From the NCBI RefSeq assembly GCF_000485595.1, contig NW_014577074.1:681110-745109 (forward strand): 64,000 nucleotides of DNA, read 5' to 3'. The translations under genes were made by a program, and so were the position numbers. Within the stretch, counting starts at the first letter, position 1. Each line of letters starts with the position of its first letter. The DNA is from Priapulus caudatus. Lineage: Eukaryota. The notes beneath the pieces are model-generated. The model had not been told where the DNA came from. It saw nothing but the letters and a program-made list of their open reading frames with translations, and made no database searches. Shown one piece after another: positions 1 to 13,800 of the stretch.

Positions 1-3000
1 AGATTGAGCTGTGCCAAACTAGGTGATGTACATGCTGCTTTTTTTCGAATAATGTATATCCAAAATATATGTAATATGTGCATATGTGCTTACAGTGCTT
101 ATTTAGCCTTTACGGAAACATTCTGTGTTTGTTTTGAGAGATATTGGTTTTGTTATGATTTTTGTAGTGTAACAGTTGATGGGATTTTTTCATTTCCGTG
201 GCATCTATAATCTTGATTGTTGTATTAAGTGTACCAGTGGTTTTCTTCAGCTTGAGCAACTACTCGGAGATGAATCATGATATCCCAGAAACACTCATAT
301 GGAACTACACAGTGGATCTTCTTCTCGTATGTTATTCTTTAAACTTCATTGATTTAATGCTAATTCATGAGCATGTATTATTATTTGTATGTAACTGTAG
401 AAAAATTTCAAAAAAACTTTTAACCTTTTTAAAAGTATTTATATTCTATGTTGTATGTTACTAACACAGAAGTAAATGTGTAGATTGAGTTAAAGTATTA
501 GTATAGCAGCTATACATAGACCATGTGTTTATAAAGCATTTCATTTTTCATTTCTCTTATATATAGGCTGTGAAGCACCTGCATGATCATGATCTCATTC
601 ATATGGACATCAAACCAGACAACATATTTGTGTCACAGGATTGTGTTTGCAAGCTTGGAGATTTTGGTCTTGTGGTTGATTTAAAGAAGGTATGGCAATG
701 AATGATGCAATAATATAATCACCATAGCCTAGACGTTAAAGTAATCATGTGCTTTCTTTTTTTGCTTAACTTTGAATATTAGAGGGATGAGTATGTACCC
801 TCCACCAGTTCACTTAGTTTTTTGCTGCTTCACATTCTTAGTTATTCTCCTGTTCTATATTTGAGATTTACAAATGAAAGTGAACAGGTACTGATCGAGG
901 AACATTAATAGATAAGCCTACCCAAGATTTTAAATAGTGGAATTGGAAATATTACAAACCTTTATTATTTAAATAATAGAAACATAACGATATAAGAGCG
1001 CAGTGTGAAACAGGATAATATATGGGAAAAGTGTGACGTGTGTTATCATGATAGATGACATTACATGCAGTGGAGCCACAGAATTGAGTACGTAAACATC
1101 ATGATTGATTAATCCATTTGTTATTGATTGGACAGGATCGTTTGTAATTATTATTGGTAGACATATATAGCCTATGTTATTTTTATGAATAGGGTGACAT
1201 ATCAGAGGCATTAGAAGGTGACCCAAAATACATGGCCCCAGAACTGATGGATGGCAAGTTTGGGAAAGCAGCTGATATCTTCAGGTATGTATGTATATAT
1301 ATATATATATATATATGGATGGCAGGTTCTTGTTCAGTCGGGCGGTTGGATGATTGCTAGGTTGGTTGTGCCCTCATGCGATTGGGCTGTTGGTTAGTCA
1401 GAAGGTGGATGTACAGATAGACACCGATGTATATTTGATATTTGGACACATTTGCTTACTTCACTATCACTTACTTTAGTGTGGATTCATATTGAGTTTG
1501 ACTAGTTTGTTTTTTAATTGATTTGTAGATAATCATTTTTATGTTTGCTGTGTTTTTTAGTCTGGGTACTTATTGGGCATGTAGTGTTCAGCTACGGTAG
1601 TGGTAAAGTTAGGTTATCAGACTCAATTTGTGCATATACAGTAATTCAAGTGTACAGTTGTTTTAATTTAGTGTGTATCTTGAATATGTAGCAATAGTCA
1701 TGTTATGCTTAATGGGGCATATTAAAGTATCTCGACATTGTTGTAGCCTCGGTGTGACTTTATTGGAACTTGCAACTGACTTGGACGTGCCCCGTGGTGG
1801 AGCTGCCTGGCACCTGCTCAGAAGTGGCAACATACCAAACTACATATTTAAAGGTTTGAGAATGCATTAGTGGTTATGCTTTCCTGGTACAAAATTTATA
1901 CTTTATACCCGGCGCACACAGTGAGATTCGAGATCACCGTGTGCGCGGTCGATTTATGTGAGTTTTTGGCCTCACGAGGCGGTGAGGAAAATATCCGTTG
2001 TGTTTGATCATTTTGGTCTTGCGAGGCTGAAAACGCAGCGTGTGCGGGGTATGTGAGATTCCTGCTCACACTCACTCAGTGGCGGTGCATTTTGATTCGT
2101 TCTCACTCAGTGGCGGTACATTTTGATTCATTCCGCCATTTTGATCAGTCACATGACCTACAGTGGCACCAGCTCGTGAGATCCGTGCTCAGCATGAAGT
2201 TCACCGTGTGCGTGGGTGTGAGATTTATGCTGAGCACGAATCTCACCGTGTGCGCCGGGCATTACAATATCATTTGCTAAATTAGCCATTGTCATGGTAG
2301 TAATTTTAGCATGTGTAGCAAATGCGTGCTTAGTATGTATTATGTATTTCTTACAGTGTAATGATTTTCGTGCCTGCACTGCAAAAAGCTGAAGTTTTGT
2401 TTTCATCATGCAAAAGCAAACAATATTTTATTACCAGTTATGAACAAGATACGTTTAATTTAACAAGAAACGAAGAGTAGTGAATTTAATAGTAATGCAA
2501 AAATCATTGTAAATGTAATATTCAGAAGTAGATTGCTTTCATAAGGTATTGCATATTAAAATTTTCCCCCATTTTCTTTGCTCACAAAGACTACCATCTA
2601 GCCGTAAGTATTGGTGTACTGAAGTTACATTAGCTACAGTCAGAATAGTGTAAGCTGGTTCAGCTTGTGATGCCGTGTTAGTTGGCATTCTTTGTGTACG
2701 CATGTGGCTGCACGTATGCCTGTTTGCCACTGGGGCTGCAACCAGACTTTAGCTGATGGTGGTGATGATGGCATGATAATTTGACATCAGGGCTGCAGAC
2801 GGATATGCGTGAGATGATGAGGGTGGCTGTGATATCAAGTCTGTGATAATTCCTGCTGAAAGTGTACGTGCATGTTTTCTCCCAGGGCTGCAGCCAGGCT
2901 TGTGTGAATTGCTTAGGCTTATGATGAACCCGAGTTACATCCGTCGCCCGTCGGCCGATGACATACTACAGATGCCTGCCGTACAGAACCATGCAGTCAG

Positions 3001-4635
3001 GAGGAGGAGGCAGCTGCTGTCCAAGAAAGTGGTGCGTTTCAGGTTATGTTCTGTTTGTGATAGTGTTTTGATGTATTTTCTATAAGGTAGTAGCTATGCA
3101 TTTCTTACTTGTGACAACAGCGGTGACATATAAAGCCTGTCTAGGTTCTATATAAAAGAACTTTTTAATGAACCGATGCACAATTCGGCACGTATTTATT
3201 AGTGAAAATATTTCTCTTGGGCTCTTGGAAAAACATGGAAATTGGAATGTCACCCAATGTTTTTCAGTTCTACGGGTCGTTTCAACAAGTTGCAATGGCA
3301 TGATATCTTTCTTTCAGGTGAACCAAGTCATGGCATCGTTTTGTGCAGTGTGGCTCATGTTGTTGGCACTGTGGAAAATCGTTCTGTGGCCAGTGCAGAG
3401 TGTGAGCTTAAGACGACAGTCACACAGGCCACCAAGAGGTATAGAAGCAGGCATTCGACAAGGATCAGGATGGGACACAAGCTTCTCAGATGGTAACACA
3501 CTTATCTGTAGTCTAGCAACAAAACCTATGTGAATATCAGTTGGTAACCTCAGTTCACTAGCTGATTACCACATATCAGTCCCTGCTTGTCATGATTGAA
3601 TTGTCAGTACTAAAAAGCAGTGGGCTGCTTGTTGCAGATGATGTGTTTGAGAATCCTTCAAACTTGTCACGCTCATTCATCTCGCCTCTATCAGAGTCTT
3701 CCGAATCAAACGACAGTAGGAATGGGATCCTGGATGCACTACGGTAGGTAGGCCGACATTGCTGTGCTAATAATTACACATGTAAATGTAGTATCTGGAA
3801 TACCTGTCTGGGATTGAACAAAGAAGTAAGGCAGACTGCACCTATTTGGCCCACAAAATACTAGGTACCTAATACTCTTCCCAGTTCAGTTATGTCAGCG
3901 TATTTTTACCATTTTAATTTTACTCTAGATGATTTTTTTCCATTCTAATATGACGATATAACTGCACATTATTCATATTATTTACCAAAACATTGAATCA
4001 GATGCAGGTATTTTTCTTGTGAGTATATGCAGTACGGTACAGTTTCTGTGCGAGAATGATAATTGAGTAAGATTGTGTGTGGACTCTCTGTGATTTTTAT
4101 TACCCGTACATTCTCAGCCGTGGTGCTTACTCTGCACCTGCAGCGATGAAAGCTAGACCAAAAGTGGCGACGCCTCCTAGAAACATGGTACCCCTTTCTC
4201 TGCTTGATAGGTGAGTAAAGAGTGACATTACTATCCTGTGTCTACGCCCAGATTCTTGGTAAAGTAACCTGCGTCAGCGCTTCTGTGGCAACACCACTCA
4301 CTTGTTGATGTGTAACGATCCAAAAACCGAGACATCTAGACGTAGGTTAATCTGTCCGTGATTTTCAGCCTGTGCTTCTCCCTCACGAGCGATGTATTCC
4401 TGTGCAAGGATCGCTGGTTTATTGTGCTTGTTTGCATGTTTTTTTGCCCTGAAGGATGACGCCAGAAGCGAGTGCGCACCATGACCACAGCATCAACAAG
4501 TCACTGTTTCTGGAGACGTCAGGGAGCATGGCTTCGAACGATGAGTCCATGGTCGCACCTGAAGCAAAGGTGAATATCGGCCCCAAGAACCTCATGAGCG
4601 TGTTTGCCGCGGCAGACATGTCAGACGAGGACTGA
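1..4635 (+). CDS. PKMYT1: Membrane-associated Tyr/Thr Cdk1-inhibitory kinase Myt1 (5' part outside the window)
   Basis: Phase-consistent GT-AG exons: <1-22, 251-326, 567-689, 1193-1284, 1747-1853, 2886-3031, 3318-3492, 3638-3743, 4118-4210, 4455-4635 (TGA). They encode [29 protein letters not shown] and ADIFSLG, then a hydrophobic segment after the kinase domain ([17 protein letters not shown]) and a C-terminal PKNLMSVF resembling the Myt1 PRNLLSLF tail. Confidence 0.93.
1906..2261. mobile_element. PIF/Harbinger-type MITE in a PKMYT1 intron
   Basis: TIRs TACCCGGCGCACACAGTGAGATTCG / CGAATCTCACCGTGTGCGCCGGGCA, flanked by TTA on both sides (1903-1905, 2262-2264). No coding capacity. Confidence 0.75.
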
Positions 4636-7600
4636 GCTGATTCCTGTACGAATCACACACTGTTTGTCGCCACAGTCATCCGTCGAACGTCGCGAGGTGT
4701 TTCTGCTGTGCGAAAACCTGGGTTTTTAAGGCGTGGCCGAGAACACTGAGAAGGATACAGTGAGTGAACTGGCAATGGCTTACGTCATCATTAGGTTGTG
4801 TGAAAGATGTTGAGATGCCACTTTTCAAACTCGTGTGACGTGGGCAAATGTGAGCAATTTGCAAGAGCTGACTAATATGCTTGTGTGTGAAAGTTATATA
4901 GAAGTTAAGCAAGCGGATATTTGTTATATACGACACTGTAAATTGTGCAGGAGAAAGGGTTAAAACATCCAACATAGATGTTACACATTGATTGTATAGA
5001 CCAAGATTATTGTTAGAAAATAAGTGATTTGCTGTCATGCCAAATTCATTTCTAAAATAGAGGCTGGCACTTCCTTTAAAGAATTCCATTTGGTATAGGT
5101 ATGGCATTAATGTTTGTGAATAATTGTCTATAAATAGTGCCTTTCTTGACAGGACCAAGTTTACGTATAAACATTCTGATGATGACACGTTTTGTGATAC
5201 AAGTACAGCGTCGGGCGGTGTCTGTAAATGCGTGTAGATAAATCTGTATTCCTGGTGTTCAGAGTATAAATCTCACGGTTACATGGTTAGAAATGCTGCA
5301 TAATGCAGCTGTCGTGGTTTGGATGTTATGTAAAGATAGATACATATGAATAGATGTTGACTAATTGACTAAATTAACTAATTAGACTGGGAGGATATTT
5401 AATTTGTCAAGACCGCGTGCACGTATAAATATGGACTGCAAGGAGCAAGTGGTTTGTGGCACAGCATTACACATAGGTAGTTGAATCTATCGATATATTT
5501 GTATAACATTTAATTGAACAATGTGCAGTCTTTAGTTCTGTTCATTTTTAGGAATTCCTCTAGTTCAAAGTAAAGAAAGTACTGCACAATTCACTAAATT
5601 GATATGGCTTCAATAGCCATTGCAGTGCCAGTACTCACACGGATAATTATTCGGCTGCCATCATCCCGGCATGTGATGCTTAATATTTCTACCTAGATGG
5701 CAATGTCAGAGCTGGGTAGCATATAATTAAAAAGAGGTGAGAAACAACAAGCCTGTTGTAGTGAATGAAGGCGCATTGTGTTAATGGCACCTGCTGATTG
5801 CTTGTCGCTTATGCTGTGTCAGGGTTGACATCGATGTAGTTGAAGATTTCGTTTAGACCAAATTTGTTGACACCGTTTCTGTCGGGCATATATGTCCGCA
5901 GTGTGAGCACGGAGTTTATATCTGTTACTCATATTGATAATGTTACAGAGGCACAGGACGTGTATTATAGTTTCATCAATGAAACGTTCCATCTACTCGG
6001 TTTAAAGATCCAGCACTACATTCCCAATTTGAAGCTAGTCAAGTGCGAGTTTGTCTGCAAGCAGTAATGAGAGCGGAACTGTCCTGAATTCTACGAAGTT
6101 GGTGGCTCTGTAATTATGTCAGGGGTTGAGTAAAGTTAGTTGTTAGATCGTAAGATGAAAAGAACCCCAGGAATTCCTCGTGTATAGCGTGTAATAAGTG
6201 TTTGATGTTTGTTCAGTTGTTCAAAATGCACAGTTGTGTGAAGCTAGGGATGTATGACAAACTTATCATCTTAATTGTGTACTATTTTGATATAAATTAT
6301 ATTTGACCAGTTAGTTTTTTATGAAGTTTTTTAAACTGTTTTAATTGTTTTTACTGTCTATTATGCTGATATCAAAAGAGAAAACAAATATTTTAGCTGA
6401 TCTCAGTAACCTACATTTATTCAACTAAAGTAACATGTCCATAAATAAAAGCAAGCAACCTTTCAACAAGAGACTAACTATCTTCCGTGCACCCAGCGAA
6501 TACATGTTCTTGGGTCTTGTAAAACTTCATTAAAGGCTCTTAATAATATGTACACCTCACACATTAGGCACTGTAGCAACAGTGATGCCTATGTGTACAC
6601 ACCTAGAGCACCTAATTAATCTCTTGTTAGATGGATATTTGATGGAAATATATAATAAATCAAACAATAATTTAATACACCATATTATACTTAGTAACTA
6701 AATACTACACCAGATATACACAAGACATTACCATATACCATTATATATATATATATATATATATGCATATAAATATATATCATGAGTGTATTATAAGGAA
6801 TATATATTAATGACAGTGACCCTACGTTTTTAATAGTATTCTCTCAACATTTTAGTACGAGTGGAGACAAGACTGTACGCATTACTGAGCTTATACCTAG
6901 TCTTTACCTTGAATGATAAAGAAAATGGTGGACATCTATTTGATGAACACACATTTTAACATTGTGTGGTTTAGTTTAGTTTGGTTCATATCTATATATC
7001 TCATAATGTGTTTGTGCCCACAGCGCCAACTGAAGCCACACAGAGAGGATGGTTATCAGTGACGTCTTCGTTCGCAAAATAAAAATACTAAATTCCTGCT
7101 AACGATTCTCTGCCTGTCATCTGCTGTGATTGTTGCTGTGATGTCTGTAGTACTAACTAGAAAACCACATCGCGTGCATATATACGAGCACTACAACACA
7201 ATAGTGAGTTGACATACACCAATATCACTATAACCAGAGAGAATTATAAGCTCAGGAAAGTATACTTTTTGTTCTTATTTATTCTAACATTTTATGTAAG
7301 GCAACTCTTGATTTGTGTGAGTCTGGTTTGAACATGTTTAAAATAACGTAGGTAGTCTGACACCTTATTTAACAGATTTACTAGAGGTTATATTTAATAT
7401 AACGTAATAACTGATAAGCATCATCATTGGTCTGACAGCATAGTGGCGTGGTGTTACCAGCACCATATGAGATGGCACTAGTATTAGGTGGGAATACAGG
7501 TTTCTGCTTTTGACTCGGTGCATGGACACTTACATTGTTTGGTATACGACTATTTGATTTATGTGACCAATTTTAATATTGTAACTATCGCTAAACCAAG

Positions 7601-7877
7601 AGTTACCTGTACTCAGTGTTGTGCTTGATAATTCATTCATGATATATATTAAAATTATTCTTCCTACATGTTAAACATGTGGCAAATTTAGATACCATTT
7701 ACTACCACACTCTACACACCTATCTCACTACAAAGCATTCTTACTCTTAGCAGCTTCAATGTTACAGAAATTGGCCTGGGATTATTGCGAGATGTCATTA
7801 TTACTAAGTGAAAGCCCTTGCTAACCCTACTCAACATACTTGGACAACCATTCTAACTGCATGTCCAGCACTGTCAC

Positions 7878-10800
7878 CTACAGTTTTCTGTCAGTTGTCA
7901 TCTTTGTTTTGATGTTCTCACCAAGCTTGTCCAAGAACTCGAAGGTGTTCAGGTAATCCGCTCTCTTGACACTGAAGAATGTAAGCAAACAAATATTTAC
8001 TGCTTGGTCAACACTCAGATCGTAGACAGTTATTAAGTATACCTACCCCTAAGTCTTTTCATATAAATTACGTTTAAAAAATATCAGACACTTAGAAATA
8101 TACTACGATGACAACAAGAAAAAACACCAAACAATATCTTACTACTGGCTACACCTTGTATTTAGCCTGAAGAGTGCTATCACACGGGCTTCACATTTAA
8201 AACTTATTGAAACACGCCCCTCCCAACATACTCACTTTGCCATCGACCCCAACACACAGCCTGCAAGGTCCTTGGTGTAAGCACCAGATTCGATTGTCTC
8301 AACACATACATCTTCCAGGTTCTGGCAGAACTTGGCCAAGTCCTTATTGTTATCAAGCTTTGCACGGTGCTGGAGTCCACGAGTCCATGCAAAGATCGAC
8401 GCTGCAACACAAGATGAGCAAAACTAAATGTAAGAATAAGCATAATCAAATTTATTACATTGTAATCAGACTGGTAAGTTCAGGTATATTCAGATTTTTC
8501 TGTTCATAGGTTGATAATATATATACAATTAGACCATTATGTCTGAACAGGTAATAACTAAAGCTTAAATAACAAGTACAAAATGTCAATCTTTAAGAAT
8601 GGCTCCACCACTAGGCACCAGACCAGATTTTGCCTAACACAGCATAAAACAAGGTAACTGACTGGCATTCCTGTATCAGGTGAATGAAATTGTGTGTGGT
8701 GTAGTGTTCATTTAATTACATTGCATTTTTACGATTTTATTCTAAATTATGTGAAAAATAAGTTAACCAAACATGAGTTTGGTTATGGTAAGTAGTGCAC
8801 AGCAGGTGTTATATAGGCTGTTCTATTTATGTTATCACTGTGGCAAAGCTAGGGTTCATCTAATACAATGAGTTATGGCAAAAAAATCAAATTTATACCT
8901 AAAAAACTCAAGAACAACTTGTATGCCAAGTCAAGTTATGTGGCAATATATGATAAATATAATCTTTAATAATTTGCCAACACTCTACAGACTATAATTA
9001 CCCTTGATAGGATATGTATCATGAAAGTACCCCTCGGTTAATTAAATATAGTTTTTGATAATAACTTGTTGCTTGGTTAAACTAACACTAATGGTTCACT
9101 TAATTGACATCATAGCTTACCAATGGGGTTAGTAGAAGTCTCCTTCCCCTGCTGATGGCACCTGTAATGTCTGGTGACAGTGCCATGGGCTGCCTCTGCC
9201 TCCACTGTCTTCCCATCAGGACAGATCAGAACACTTGTCATCATACCAAGCGAGCCATAACCTGTGAGTACGTACACGCATATATGCTAATGTCCTTATA
9301 ATACCACATTGCACAGTAATTTGCTTATATGGGGTTAACCCATAAGTTGCACTTGGTAAATAATACATAATATATATATATTTTTACCAAGAATCAATTT
9401 TTGCAATTAAGCATCGTTTCTGCACAATATGAAATGACGGCCATACATAACAAATTCCGAACCACATTTCACAATTCGAACAATTAAATTATGAGCGAAA
9501 GAAAGAGGGAAATATTAAATACCTTGGGCAACATTGTCAGACTGAACATCTCCATCATAATTCTTGCAGGCCCACACAAAGCCTCCCTCAGATTTCAATG
9601 CCTGAGCGACCATGTCGTCTATGAGTCTGTGCTCGTACCATATTCCCTTCTCCTCAAATTTACATTTATATTCCCTGTGAGGAAATAGTACATCAGATAA
9701 AAGAAACTAGTGTGCTTTAATGTATATAGCAATTTTTCAATTACAACTATAACATTATTCACTACAGTGTGACGAGGTAAATGTAGGAACACGTAAATGG
9801 TTCATTTTTTCATAGTACTTTACTGCTGGAGTTTGCAAGCAATGAACAACTAGATATCAACAGTTGGGGGCTGAGCCACATGTAATATTGAAAGTATATG
9901 CAAATGATTCTCATGCATTTCATAAACATTGACAAGGTTACGTTGTGAAATCTCAAATCAATCGCACAATCATGCAACAAACAAACCAAGTGATACAGCT
10001 TTTGCTTAAATAAAACAAGTGCCGCGGAGCGACAGCGCTCATCTAATGTCTACTGCGGTGACTCTGTGGTGGAGTGGTGGGATTCTAGTAAACCCTGTTA
10101 GTCCCAAATGTGTTCACATACACGCCGAAACACGTGGAATGCACAGGGATGGTATCAGGAACCTTCTCAAAGGAATGTCGTTGGGATCGTTATGAAAGTT
10201 GCCACGAGATGGCGCGTACGTTTAAGTGTCTTCAGATTAAAGATGGAAGCTCCATCGTACGTAAGCAACAACTATTTGCAAGACAGAATAGGTAAGCACT
10301 CATCCATTTACCTACGCAAGCCTACAGGCTGCAAATGAGAGGCTGCCACCTGTAACCAATTAACCCAGGCAAAAAACTACACAGTACCACCAACACATGC
10401 ACTGGCAGTAGCCACTGGCAGTGGCATACGGTACATGTAACATACTGACAGTACAGAATGCCATAGAAATTATACGATTTAAGGAGCATAACCTTCTTAA
10501 ACAAATTTAGCTTTTGAAATTTCATTGTGACTTTGTAGCCTCATACATCCAGGCATGTATGAGTTCTACTAGCAAACCCCGGCAGTCAAATTCTTTCTAA
10601 CAGACAGTCAACAAAATCATGTTTAACCCTCCTCTTGAGGGTCAAAAGGTTATCTGACACTTACTCTTCGCATGTCGCAGAAAGTAGATTTCATGGTCCT
10701 TTCAATAATGCCATAAAAATGCTGGTCACGCGCTGAACAAAAAAAAGTTTTTCAATCGCTCCGTCAGACCATGTCCTCATAAAATGTCTAAAATCTGCCC

Positions 10801-13800
10801 TGTGCGCATTGACCTTTGACCTGTGACCTCCAATTTCGGCACAGTGATGGCTCCTACCATGATGCTATACACCACACTATCACGAGCCTAGGTCGAGCCG
10901 TTTAGATTTGTGCCGCAATTCTGCATTTCCTCCCTATACCTTAAAGTAAGAAGTGAATGTTCCCCCTTCTTTTACACCTCTTGACCTTTGACCTTTGACC
11001 CCCCAGCTTCGACATCCCAACTCGTTTTGACGATCCCCCCCAATGTGCCAAATATCGTGACCGTACGTCGAGCGGTTAAGATTTGTGCCCAACTGTTGAC
11101 AGACGGACGGACGGACGGACGGACGGACGGACGGACGGACGGACGGACGGACGGACGGACGGACGGACGGACAATCATGCGATTCTACAAGCTGCATCTG
11201 ACTATGTTATGTCAGATGAGCTAACAAAATCAAGCATTAACTTTTGCAAACTTACGAATCATAAACATCCTGGAATATATCCTTAAAGCGTCCATCATAC
11301 TTCTTTAGGATGGTGTTCTTGGTGCTCATGTACAAGACCCAGCCCTTAGCCAGTGCATATTGAAATGAACTATGTGCAAATTCTGTAATGGACTAAAACA
11401 AGGACAAAATGCAGTGACACAGTGTAAGATGAAAATTGTTAAAAGATAACGCTCACTCTGTTTTAACATGCACATAGAGTTTATTGATTTCAAAAAGAAT
11501 TGCATGAACCAATGATAATTACAAACAATGTCCCTAACTAGGTAATTTTGAGAGGCTTACCTTATCAGTGTTGAACATGCCAAGGGCAACACCTGGTCCT
11601 TCAAAATCATGAACCGTGTAGGTGACCGGCTTTCCCCCATCTGCAGGGGTGTACTTTATTTCCACTTTACCCGCACCAGGAACAAGAAAGTCTGTTGCCT
11701 TGTACTATATATTTTAGAATTAAATACAACACAATAGATATATTACACTCTTTATCATAACAGAGGTGTACCTCTCGCTCAATCTAACCAATGTTTAGCT
11801 ACATCATATGCACAAAAAATGCAACCAGCAGGTATATCTCACAATTCGTAATTGAATTGTAGTACAACATGCATTCATCATTGAGGACTGTGCTTCTATT
11901 GGTTGCTGCTCACCTGATCACCATAGGCATGACGACCAATCACAATAGGTTTAATCCAGGTGGTGACTAGACGCGGAATGTTCTGGCAGATGATAGCCTC
12001 ACGGAAAACTGTCCCTCCAAGAATGTTCCTGATAGTGCCGTTCGGAGATCGCCACATCTTCTTCAATTTAAACTCTGCAGAATTAATTAGTGATCTTTTT
12101 AGTTATATAAGGACATAACATTACAAGATGGTATATTTTCAAGCTGAAAGCCAAGTAATGCACATGGTTTGTGCCCAAAAACATGCACATTTTGGCTTTC
12201 CAGCAGACCTGTGCAAAAAAGTTAGCAAACATAGGAAGTTTACGGAACAATATTTTAATAATTGCCACCTGAGATAACTATTGAATGTATTCAATGTAGA
12301 TGGCTATGTTTAAGACTGCGAGCAACAACAACAGCAAAAATTTGTAATATATGCTACCCACTAAACTAACAAGTTAACTTACCTACTACTCTGTTCTCAT
12401 CTGGTGTTATAGTTGCACATTTGATTCCCACATTGTATTTTTTGATGGCATGGGCACAGTCAATTGTCACTGAAACATGGAAATTGCCTTAGTGAGAATT
12501 TTAGTATGTATGTGTGCATTTGCATGCGTGCTTGCGTGTGTGCACGCATGCATCTGCACATGTGTATCTGTATATGATATAAGGTGGTAATGTAGATTGA
12601 AAGGTACATTAACATGGTACATGATTATAAATCCTTATTTATATACCGGGTTCATTGGTACAAGAAGATCAATGGTGGTATGAGAACAAAAAAATTGTAC
12701 AATCAGCTTGATTCAACTGGGAGAAGTGGAGTCGAGTGATGTGCGACAAATGACTGATAGTTCAACTGACAGGAAACATCTACAGAACTGTAATACTACT
12801 TAAAAGTAATACTGGTTTATGCTACAGTGGCAAAACTTGATCACAATGTCAGTTTACTAAAGATGATAGGAGAGTTCCAGCAAGGAATCCAGGGTTCTCC
12901 CCAGGATGAAATTCAAACAGGGGGGAGGGGAGGGGGAGGGGGGAAACTAGGGGGTCCGGGGGGCATGTATTTTTACCGTACCACTAATTAATGCGTAAAA
13001 TCGCCACCACACCATAGACGGTATTTGGGGTTCTTGTATATATAAGATAGCCGAGTCGGTGTACAGTTAGTGTTGGGTTCGGGACATATGTTAACTGTTT
13101 GTACTTGTGTATTGTCTGCAGTGCATGCGTGTTACGGTAAAAATACACGCGTCAGGTGTCCTGGTCGAATGGGAATTCTTGACGATCGATTCCCGCGCTG
13201 GCAAACTTTTATTGTGGTGGAATTTAATCGGGGCGGAGGTAATTTAAACGGGGCGCAACGATTGAAACAGGGGGGAGTTTTCCCAAACGGGGCGCGCCCC
13301 GTTTGCGCAACGTAGGGAGAACCCTGGAATCAACAACAACAACAAAAACTAGAACTGAATCGGTCTTTTGACGATGAGACATGACAGAAAAAATCCATTT
13401 TCACAGGCAAATGACAGAGTAAACAGAATGGATACCAATTTTAATGAGCATGAAAAGGTGGCCAGTCAAGTAAAGATTGGTGAGAAGATTTTCAGAACAG
13501 GCACTGTAATTTTTTGTGCACCATCTTCCAGCCTATTTTTTTTACAAATGCAATCGATCTGGGCATTCCAGCAAATTTGCTGATAGGTATTTAAGATAAA
13601 GTGAGTAGGTAAAGGTTATGGGCAATTTAGACCAGGTAATGCATATATGAGTTAGGATACTCATGCAGGGGAGGGTTACTTGTTCATCTTTATACTGTAA
13701 ATTATAAGATAAAGAACTGCATCGGGAGTGAAAAAACGTACAGATGTTACTGGTTGCATTAATTTGATCAATGATAAATGACAAGGATAATAGCGGGCCA

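Noticed and set aside
4369..4459. Alternative upstream acceptor for the PKMYT1 last exon
   Set aside because: It gives a short unconserved tail ending in a stop and loses the PKNL motif. Nothing supports it beyond the AG.
10934..11286. RPSV/TDGR repeat ORFs
   Set aside because: They come from the (CCGT)n microsatellite of the Helentron-type element.
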